From: Mesotaenium endlicherianum
Taxonomy: Eukaryota
Direction: 5' to 3'
NCBI GenBank assembly: GCA_009602735.1
Contig: WELA01001807.1
Span: 1 to 64,000 of the forward strand
DNA: 64,000 bases
The translations under genes and the position numbers were made by a program. The notes beneath the pieces were generated by a model. It worked only from the letters and a program-made list of their open reading frames with translations, did not search any database and was not told the DNA's origin. Shown here one piece after another: positions 12,684 to 23,200 of this stretch (its first letter is position 1; each line of letters opens with the position of its first letter).

Positions 12684-15600
12684 GTCGTTCTAGGGTGTCT
12701 ACTGGCGTGAAGACGAGAACTCACAAGGAGCTTATCCCTGGGAGCCTGCCGAGAAGCAAAGGGCGAGACATTAATAAGCCTATTATCGTGGAAGGAGTAG
12801 TCGACGGCAACAAGGCGCAGTGTATGGTCGACAGTGGCGCATGTGCAAATTTTGTGCACAAGAAGCTGTGAAAGAGTGGCGAATCCCTGTGCAGAAGCAT
12901 TATGAGCCTAAGGAGGCAGTTTTGGCGAATGGGCAGAAACTCAAGGGTGGTGCACCTACGGAAGCTATTCATGTGGAAGTAGCGGGGCACCAGAGGAAGG
13001 AAGTTATGGAGCAGGCAGAGTTGGGTCACCATGAGGTGATATTGGGCCGACCATGGCTAAGAAAAGCCAATCCTCAAGTGTACTGGAGCACAAGACAAGT
13101 GAAGGTCCAAGGGCGTGATGGTCGAATGGAGACAGCGAAACAGGTGGAGGTAAATACGACCACAAGTAACTGTCTTCTGTCGAGCCTGCAAGTTAAGAAG
13201 CTATGCAGGGCGAATCAGGTGAAGGAGATGTACCTTGTTTTGGTGGCCCTGACCAGGTAATCAGATGGAGCAAGCGTGAATCCTAACAGCCTGGGCGAAT
13301 GTACATCGTCGGAGGCGCAAGTAGTGGTGTCTGATCTCCTTGCGCAGAAGGAGCAGAGCCCAACTGCTCAAGAGAAGAAGCCTGCTGAGATGCCTGCCCA
13401 AATTAAGGCGTTGTTGGAGGAGCTCAAGTGCGTTTTTCCTGAGGAGCTACTTGCAGGATTACCTCCACAGAGAGCTATGGAGCACAAGGTTGAGTTGGAA
13501 CCAGGGAGCAAGCCACCAGTGAGACCCGCCTATCGACAATCGTTTGCGGAGTTGGATGAGTTGAAGAAGCTGCTGACAGAGTTGTTGGAGAAGGGATTCA
13601 TCCGACCCAGCGAGTCTCCATTTGCAGCGTCAGTCTTATTTGTGAAGAAGAAGGATGGGACTATGAGGATGTGTGTCGACTACCGGGCGTTGAACAAGGT
13701 CACCATCAAGAACAGGTACCCACTTCCACGAGTGGACGAGTTGATTGACAGGCTTGTCGGGGCAAAGTATTTCTCAAAGATCGATCTAAGAAGTGGCTAT
13801 CACCAGGTACGAATTGTGGAAGGAGACGTTCAGAAGAATGCTTTCAAGACTCGCTAAGGTTTATTTGAGATCACAGTCATGCCTTTTGGGTTGACTAATG
13901 CACCTGCTACATTTATCGGACTCATGAATAGTTTCTTCAGACCCTATTTGGACCAGTTTGTGGTGGTATTTTTGGACAACATCTTGATCTATTTGAAGAC
14001 CTTGGAGGAGCATGTGGAGCATCTGAGGAAGGTGTTGGAGGTCTTCAGAGATCAGAAGCTGTATGGGAAGATGAGCAAGTGCGACTTCTGTCTCAAGGAA
14101 GTCAAGTTTCTTAGACATATAGTGGGAGCTGAAGGAGTCAAGGTGGAGCAGAAAAAGGTGCAAGCAATCAGAGATTGGCCGATGCTCGCTGATATTTATC
14201 AACTCAGGAGTTTCCTTGGCATGGCGAATTATCATCGACGTTTCATTGAAGGATTTCCAAGGTGTGTGCACCGCTCACGGACATGTTGAAGAAGCAGGAG
14301 AAGTGGGTATGGGGTGACAAGGAGCAGCAAGCGTTCGAGAAGATTAAGGAGTTGTTGACACAGGCACCTGTGTTGGCAATTGCAAGTCCAGAGCTTCCTT
14401 TCACCATCATCACGGACGCATCAAACTTCACAGTGGGAGCCATTCTTCTCCAGGACCAGGGTAAAAGATTGCAACCTGTGGCATACGAGAACAGTAAATT
14501 GAGTCCTGCTGAGCAGAATAATGCAGCACACGAGCGTGAGATGTTGGTTATTATCCAGGCTTTAAGGATTTGGCGATGTTATGTGGACGGCTGAAAGGTG
14601 TTCGTAAAGACCGACCACAAGAGCTTGGAAAAGTTTATGACGCAGCAAACATTGACACCAAGGCAGGCAAGGTGGATGGACTTTTTGCAACAGTTCAACC
14701 ACAAGATTGAGTACTTATCTGGGAAGATCAACCCTGCAGATGCTTTATCCAGGAGGTGCGACCTTGCAGCTGTCTCAGTCATCAAGGAGAGTATGGACTT
14801 CAAGGAGAAGCTTCAGAGAGGTTATGAAGAGGACCCAGAGTGTCGACGGTGGAGCAGCTGAGTTCAACTTGAGTATGCAGAAGAAGGACGGCATATGGTA
14901 TTATGGTGATTCCAAGAGAGTGGTGGTACCTGACATCAAGGAGCTACCCGACTTACTACTTGCGGAGCATCATGATTGCTTATATGGTGGACACTTTGGA
15001 AATGAGAAGACGCCAAGCGTGCTGAAGCGGGAGTACTATTGGAGAAATATGGACAAGGACATCGAAGAGTGGATCAGGAGTTGCGATGCGTGCCAGAGAA
15101 ACAAGACACCAAATCAAAGGAAGGGAGGATCTTTGCAACCCCTGCCTATTCCAGGGTATCCTTGGGAGCAAATTGCTATGGACTTCATCACGTCGTTACC
15201 AGTGAGTGGTCAAGGGCACGATGCAGTATGGGTAGTGTCTGACAGACTCACCACGATGGCTCACTTCATTCCCATGAAGGAGACTTTTACGGCAGCGGAT
15301 GTGGCACGATTATTCTTCGATCATGTTTTCAGGCTACATGGGTTGCCGAAGGTGATTGTTTCAGATCAGGATCCAAGGTTTACTAGCAACTTTTGGAGGT
15401 CATTGTTTACTTTGATAGAGACCAAGCTGAGTATGAGCACTTCCTATCATGCTCAGACAGACGGGCAGAGTGAGAGGCTCAACAGAACTCTGCAAGAGGT
15501 GCTCAGAAGTTTCACTATGGAGGACCCTTCAGAGTGGGACAAGAAACTGCCAGGGTTGGAGTTTGCCTACAACAACAGCATGCAGGGATCCACCAAGCAG

Positions 15601-16247
15601 TCACCATTCGCTATGGTTTATGGGAGAGAAGTATATCATCCAAGGAACATCTTGTTGGAGAAGGCCAAGGAGACTCAGGTTCCTACTACACAAGCTTTTA
15701 TGGAGCAGATGGCCAACACTTGGGATATGGCAAAGACGTGTATTCGAAAGGCACAGGAGGAACAGGTCAAGCATGCTAACAAGCACAAGAGGGAAGTGAC
15801 ACGACAAAGTACTCTTGTCAACAGAGAACCTACCATTCACAGGCAAGAGGAAACTGCGGGCACGGTTTACAGGTCCCTTTGTGGTGCTCAAGCAGGTTAA
15901 TCCAGTGACCTACAAGTTGGAACTTTCTTCAGGCTGGCGTATCCATGATGTGTTCCATGTCAATTGTTTGCGGCCATACGTTAACCCAAATGAAGGACAT
16001 CCAAGATAATTACCTACGCCGCCACCACCGGTCGAGATCGATGATGTATTGGAGTATGAAGTGGAGGCGATTGTCGGCGACCGACGAGTCAAACGAGGTC
16101 AACAATTTGTCCAAGAGTATCTGGTCAAGTGGAAAGGCTACCATGCGGACGACAACACTTGGGAGCCAACTTGACTCATTGTAAGAGTAAGTTGAGGCGT
16201 TATCTGCAGAATGCGTTGAGGACGTCGCATCTTGAGGAGGGGGATGA
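12661..16247 (+). pseudogene. pol: A1 pol (PR, RT, RNase H, IN, chromodomain), disrupted by stops and frameshifts
   Basis: [32 protein letters not shown] (catalytic DD mutated), TDASN, HHCC zinc finger, MDFIT/SDQD/ERLNR, GPF motif, EYEVEAIV...YLVKWKGY. Confidence 0.95.
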
Positions 16248-17985
16248 TGTAAAGTCATAGGTTTATAAAGTGCATTTTTGGGATTCATGATAGTATGTTT
16301 TGACTGTATAGAAGTCTAGAGTGCATTTTTGTGATCATATTGATAGTTCATCGAATTTGGTTTGAGTATTGAGAGGGTTATGGATATCCAAAGTTTAATG
16401 AGTTTTGAGGTCGGTTGACGACTGTCCTTAATTCGCGGTGAGCGCAACCGTCGGATTGACCGACAGCGTCGAGCGATCTGGCCCGTTAGAGTGAATTCGA
16501 ACCTTCACGTAAATTTGGCTGACGCGGAGTGCCGACTAGGTCGATTTACCTAGAAGTTTCGGATTAGCCTAGCGCGTCTAAGTTAGTATATTCTAGATAT
16601 TTCGATGCATGCATGTGGACGTCAAATCGGCCCGACACGTCAGATGAGACTAATCTGGCTTTCTCACGAATATTCTAGAAGGGTTGATTTGACATACACT
16701 TGGGAAAATCCGTTGCTAAGCGGCCCTCCCGCCTAGGGGCGAGCGGCCGTCGTAGAAAACTATAAATAGACATAACTACTTCATTTTTATCGGTTTTCAC
16801 TTCTATAAATGTCTACGGGTTTGTAATGACAAGGCCTTTCATCCTACATCATTTGTGAGCAGTTTTTTGCTACTCAAAATGTTGAGTATTTTTCCTAAGC
16901 TTTCTGAATGATATGCCGCAGCACTCTTTAGAGTAATTGCAACTAGTTCTATTCCTTGTGAGTCACTACGCTTCCACTAGGGCACTCTGCCCCTTTCAAT
17001 CTGGAGCGACGCAAAAGCATTCAATCATGACGACGCTTTTCTTTTGCGGCCCGCCCTTTGGTGACCGCCATAAATTAGGCGCTCTCCACAAATTTAACCA
17101 CACTTCAACTTAGACGGTATACTCTTCGGGCGTTGCATGAGCGGTCATGTGAGGTTTTCTCCTTCGCCTCGGCCGCGAGGTAGCTCGTGACGGGGGCGTG
17201 GGAGAGGACGCTGTTGATTGTTAGATGGATTCATTGAGTCATCGGGCTGGGGGCGCATGCTGGTGGCCAGCCGTGGCTGCTCGTTGTGGCATGGCCACTT
17301 GCTTGGTTGTTAGCACTGGATTTACTGCTTATTGAACCAATTTTGACACCATCAGAGCTTTTTTTTGGATGGTCATATTAAAATCATCCCTCATCTGATG
17401 CACTTACACCATCTATGTGTAGGTTGCTCTTTGAATAAGCTACCTGCTCATGTAAAAAACTTATTTTTTGCACCAATATTTTTTGTACCTTTTGTACCTT
17501 AGGTGCTTACACACGTGTGCGCGACAAAAAGGTACAATTTTGGACGACGCATATCTCGAAAAGTACAACTTTTTCTGGGGTTGCTGATTTTTGTAAGCTA
17601 CCTCATGATGTGTGGAGCCTACAGCACGTCACATATTTACATTTAGACTTGTGCACCCTGAGTTATAGCATCTCAAAATTTGGTGTCAGTATTGACACCA
17701 GGTTTTTTGCATTGGTTCCACAATATGTGTAGCAAAGTATGAGAGCTGCATAACAATTTTCTTCATATCTTTTGCAATACTTCATGCATTTTAATGAAAC
17801 AAGTATCCATACATTTAGTACATACTAACCTAGTACTTTACAGCAATTAAGCTCAAAAAATGTGCAAAGAGAATTTATAGCATATGATGGAATGCACCAT
17901 GTGTCGAGACGTCGGAAGTTCAAGTCTAGAGCTATATACTTGCTGCCAAAAAAATGAGACTGAGTGTTTTTGCAAGCCTGTCATA

Positions 17986-20260
17986 CTACTGAGCTCTATA
18001 AACATTAGGAAGCCTAAATGGAGGAACATCCACATGCTTGATGTTCCTTGTAGTGTGAAAAATCTCGAAGCAAGTGTCGGGACACATCACCACATTACAT
18101 GGCCTGCACATAAATTGGCACCTAGCTTTCCTAGCTGCTGCCCCCATATAAAACTTCTTAGACATGCAGATCACACAGTTTGCTCTCACTCCCTTATCTG
18201 CATGGCTAGGAAAATGCCTTGCAGTCCACTTTGCCTCCCCTGCCTACCCTGACTGACAACCACTAGACCCAGGCTTGAGCTGTCTATCGCGAGGATGAAC
18301 CCATGATGTCATCTCCTCCACCAAGTCAAGCATAAAGGTGTACCTGTCCTTCTCAGGATGAGCTAGCTGGTACAAGATGAAAGCATTAGCAATAGCACCA
18401 TCAAAAGACCCCAATACAGACAATGTCACCACTTCTGAGTCACCTGCTCAGCCTCCGTAGAATAGTTGTCGCGCAGGCACAATTTGTCAAACGGGTCCAC
18501 TGCATCCTTGTATTGGTTGCAGTGAAATACAATCTCAGGACAAGGAACAGTCTTCTTCCCTCCCCCCTTCTGTCTCCTCTCTACTTGTACTACATTTACT
18601 AAACCTCTACAATTTGACAAGAAGTTCACCTGCTTCTTATCCTGCCAGAGATTTGCAATCTGCTCAGGCCTGTCAGAGATGACTACTACAAAACTACCCT
18701 GGTCTACTTCTTTCTGACCTGGGTGTGCTTCTAATTTCAACACATTTTTAGGATAGTGATTTCTCTTAGTTTCACATGTTCCAGTTGCACCATGGCCCAG
18801 ATTCGACAACTTCTGAATGAGCACAGGACAAGTAAAGTCTCTATCTAAAACAAAACTGTATGTTTGATTTCTAGGCAAAGTGTCCACAAGTTCCATGACA
18901 ACCTGAGTGTTTCTATCCGGCCTCTTGACTTTGTCATACACTATGAAATTCCAACAATAGTATGTGATGGAATCAACAAGTGTAAAGATCTCTATTCCAA
19001 ACTTGTGAGGTTTTTTAGGACAAAATACTCTAATTGGACACATTCTATTTCTAGTCGGAGCTAACCTCTCATCAATGGTCATGTGCACTCTCGGATTGTA
19101 GTATTTCTTAGAAATTTGTTTGAGCAAAGTGATGAAGGGCTGACATTGCCACAATCTAAACTCTCCAGACTGCCTATCAAAGACATCCCTGCCAGCATTT
19201 GCAAAAATATGCAAGTACTTTTTGATATGCACCCACCTGTCCCTGGACATCCATTTTCCAAAAGCTGGAAACAGGCAGGTCCTGTCTTATCACTCCTCCA
19301 GTAGTTTATCTGGACAGGGGATTGAGGGCCATGGCTATGCAAAGCCCACGCCACATAATTAACGCTGTAGTGCTCAAAATACTCCAATTCTTAGCTCTTT
19401 CAAGCTCCGCCTAAGCATTTGTTTCTTCACACATGGAGTCATACCAGTCCATGGTCACCAGCATACACAACACAACCCATGGAGTATAGTGGTAGAATTG
19501 AGCAGAGCACATCCTTGTTAGGCCAGTAGTCAAGGTGCTCACAGGCTTCTTGAGCCACCCGGGCACTTCACCTTCACCAAAAGGTCTCCAAGCATAGTCT
19601 GGTCCTTGCAACTCTTCCTCCTCTTCGGGTGCTTCATCCAACAGGGGCTCCCCTTCGGACTCCAGCTCTGAATCTGAGCTATGTTCCTCGGATTCTGAAT
19701 CTAGGCCCTTCTTATTTCTATACCCCTTCTTAGCCCTCTTCTTACCCTTGTCATTTGCTACAACCTTTCTCTTGCCTCTCTCATCTCTAGAGCCTGGTAC
19801 AGTCATGTCCGGTCCCTTTTGCTTATGTGGCCTACCCCTCCTTCTAACCGGCTGGTCTTCATCCTCCTCTACCTCATCTGGTTCAGAGTCTTCTGCTTCT
19901 TGCTGCTCTACTGTAGTCTGTGTAGTTTGTGTAATTTAGGTAGTTTGTGCGTCTGGTGTCAGTTGAAAAGGATGCACGGAATTTTGTGTGTGACACATCT
20001 TCTGGCCAAATCCTAACAACTCCCTCTCTAGCACAACCCACTGTTCTTCTGGTATTTGAGGTATGTACTTGAGCACAAATGAACGTTTCCAGGTTTTGTA
20101 CTCTCCATCATATGCAAAATAGCACTTGTATCTAGTTTATTTAGTCTCGTTATCCTCTTCCTCTACAACTCCCATGATAAAAAACTCCTCACACTCCTCT
20201 TCAAACTCTTGTGCAGCCCATACTCCACCCCATATTTTGCTAGGAGTTCATATTTTTATG
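17986..20260 (-). pseudogene. piggyBac-like (DDD) transposase remnant; element spans about 17314-20299 and is cut at its 5' side by an LTR
   Basis: MSRDRW..IKKYLH, TIDE, PKKPHKFGI, VLDRDFT, WQDKKQV, NQYKDAVD, NAFILY and a C-terminal Cys-rich domain CVIC...CRPCNVVMCPDTCFEIFH; several stops and frameshifts. Confidence 0.9.
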
Positions 20261-20299
20261 TCTACACCCACCACAGGACCCGTGGACAAAGGGGGAATG

Positions 20300-23200
20300 T
20301 GAAATGAAATGACTTACCAAATAGGCGATTAACAATTAATAAAATCTTTATATCAGCAAGTAATCTTTATGGTATTTTCTGTTAATTGATTAAACAGCGA
20401 AAGACAACACACTAGCAGTGGACAATACTCGCAAGTCAAATGCAAGTAAACTAGCATCAATAATGCAATCAGTAAACTCATACATAAGCAAGGCTAGAGG
20501 ACAATGCATATCAATGGCTTCTCGCCTTGGATTTAAATCTCTCTCCGTAAGCTGCACAAGAGAGCTGGCCTCGTTTTCGAATGCCGAACTTGAGAGCAAT
20601 ACCTAGCATATGTACATGGAATGAGTTTACTGTTCAACGGCCAGTGCGATGGCACCGCCTACCCGAAAGTTAACCACGTCGGCAGGACCTCGGTTAACCA
20701 AATCCACCGCCATCTCCAACATCCCGAATCGCCATTTATCCTAAGGATGTCACCTGGCCATTTATCTAGCACGCCACACTTAGATGCATTTCTAGGCAAT
20801 TCGCTGCTATCGAGTACGGAAGTCAGCTGGCTGTCAAAGAATGTGTCAACAAGCTGACCTAAGTTGACTTCAGCCTGTTGCTTCCGGATGAGTCATTAAA
20901 TTGATTATTTTATAAGGTCCAGCAGACTCAATATTAACTAAAGTTCAGCAGGCTGAACTTGTTTAACTATTATATATTCTGATTCATTAGAATCTCTCCA
21001 ACTTAACAGGTTGCCGCCTCGACAGCACTAACACTAGGTACAAGGTTTTCCCCAACTAAAAGTACTGATCTCCCTCCCACCGCCTCTTGCTCCAACACTA
21101 ATGCCTAACTATGGGGATCACTAGCAACAGTGTGCTGTCCCTCCGCCCTCAGCCTACTGCTCTTATGAGGGAGATGTTCCTGGGGCTCTACGATCAGGGG
21201 AGCGAGATTGGAAGCCAGACCTCCTCCTTCTGTCTTGGGGTCTCCTAAAGCCTGGGGGCTCTGAGTAGGAAGAACCAAGGGGAGAACGCAGTAACTGGAC
21301 TGTTTCCTCCTGCACAGTCTAAAAATGAAGGAAGGCAGCCTTCTCCTGGGCATTCCTCAAATTGACAGGTACATATACAGGCATTCCAGAAGGATGTTGC
21401 ATGACATGAGCCAAGAGGACATGTCCTCTCTGCAAGGGAGATGCTGGTAAGCCTCTGGCTATTTCCCTAGCAGCCCTCCTGTCTGCCCTGTCTGACTGGG
21501 TCTCTGTGCCTGCAGATAGGGTCTGTCCTCTGGCAGTTCCTTTTCCTCTTCCTCTTCCTCTTCAGCGAGCTGGTGCAGAGCTATGTCTGCCCTGGCCAAC
21601 CCAGTCTTCTCCATTACAGGGGATGTGGCAAATGTCTAGATCACAGCGGGGCTAGTGTCCTCTTCCTCGCATTTCTCCTTGTCTTCCTCTGACTCCTCCT
21701 CTTCTTCCCCTGGCTCCTTTGAGACTGCTAGGTTCTCCTCCGTCAGCTGCTCCAACTCTTCCCGAGAAAAAGAATACCCCACTGACCTTCCCCTTCTGGG
21801 AGCTATTGGGGGCTGTTAAGTCCTGACCGCACTCCGGTCTTTCTCTCCTTGCTTGCTTGCCCATTTGGCATAAGCGTGCTTCCCTTTAGAGAATGACTCT
21901 TGGGCCCTGCTCCTGTCACCCTGCATTTCTTGACTCATGCATTCTCTTACTCCATCCAATCTTGGGTCCGAAGCTGCAATGTGAGGGGGCAACACTATGT
22001 TCCCCAGTAGGTCTGTTAGAAAATCTTCCTCCCCTGCCCTGTCTTTTTGTTGGTCCCTCGTGTTAATGATCATCCACCGCCAATCGGTGGGCTTATGGAA
22101 GAAGGCAGGGTCTGTCCTTTTCAGGGTACAAGGGTACTAATATCCTGCAAAGATCAACTGACTGATTTCCCTGGCTAAGAATTCCCAGCTCCTCCTTTCC
22201 ACCTCATTACACATGGCCTTGAACCTGTTATGGAATGTAGAGTCCTTAAAGCTGTCCGCGTCCATGGGGATCAGACTGATGACCCTGTCTTTCCCCCAAA
22301 TACCCGGAATCAATACAGCTCCATCCTCATTCACTTGGACCATCGCCTTGGTCTCTCTGACCGTATATCCTACCATCCTGGCATAATCGTGCTAGAGGAG
22401 GAGTCCTGTGCTGACCTCTATATACTTGTCAAAGTTTTCAGATGTCTCCCCTTCCCTCTGCAGGATTTCCTTCTGCAACTCACTACGACTTCTCCGGGCA
22501 TACTTGAAGGCCTCCTCCAATAGATCAAAGCCCTTGCCCAGCACTGTGTAGCGATAGCTGCTGATTCTCCTCTGTTCTTCTTCTTCAGCATGCTGCTTCC
22601 GCCTCTCCTCAGCTTGCCTCTCCTCCTCTGCCTTCTTGGCCTCCTCTGCAGCTTTTCTGTCCAGTTCTTCCTCCCTCAGCCTGGCCTGTTCCTCCTCCTC
22701 CTTCTTCTTCCGTGCCTCCCGCTGTTGTTGGAGTTGTTGTGATTCCCGAGCGGAGATGGAGGATGATTCGATGTCGCCACGGAATTGCAAGTATTCTGCA
22801 TGTGCCTCTTCCGCTCTTCTCTTCCTCTTAAGTTCCGACTTCTGAGTCATCTTGCTCAATCATAAATACAATGCAGTCAGTGAAGTCATAGTACTTTGCC
22901 GCTACTGAGTACCCTTGGTGGAGAAGAACGTGATAGGGAGAGTTCCAAGTGTCTAATAACTTGTGTGGGTGAGTAGAAGAGGAGAATTGAGTCAGAGAGA
23001 AAAAGTGAGTGTGAGTGCAGGTCGAGTGTGTAGAATGATTACATAAGAATTTGCCTGGCTGTTCCCGAGACGGAGCACACTCCCTCCAACTTTATTTGAA
23101 GGTGGGCTGACTGTCACAACTGTCACTATCTGTCACTTAGTGTCACGTTGAACTGTCACATTCCCCTCCAACTTACTTCAAGACAGGACCTCCTGTCACC

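Larger units (their letters stand above)
10874..16998 (+). mobile_element. Full-length decayed Ty3/Gypsy chromovirus, family A (copy A1)
   Basis: LTRs 10874-11617 and 16248-16998 (TGTAA...CCTTTCA); PBS TGGTATCGGAGC 11620-11631; PPT 16234-16247; TSD ACCTG/ATCTG (1 mismatch); order gag-PR-RT-RH-IN-chromodomain. Confidence 0.97.
10763..17313 (-). repeat. CCTCAC repeat copy split by element A1 (pieces 10763-10873 and 17004-17313)
   Basis: Both flanks of A1 align, as reverse complement, to consecutive parts of the 43321-43906 and 56831-57418 copies (e.g. GCGGCCCGCCCTTT, ATAAATTAGG). Confidence 0.8.

Noticed and set aside
21440..22850. ORF3 as an envelope gene
   Set aside because: No signal peptide or hydrophobic transmembrane stretch; highly charged with a basic NLS-like start
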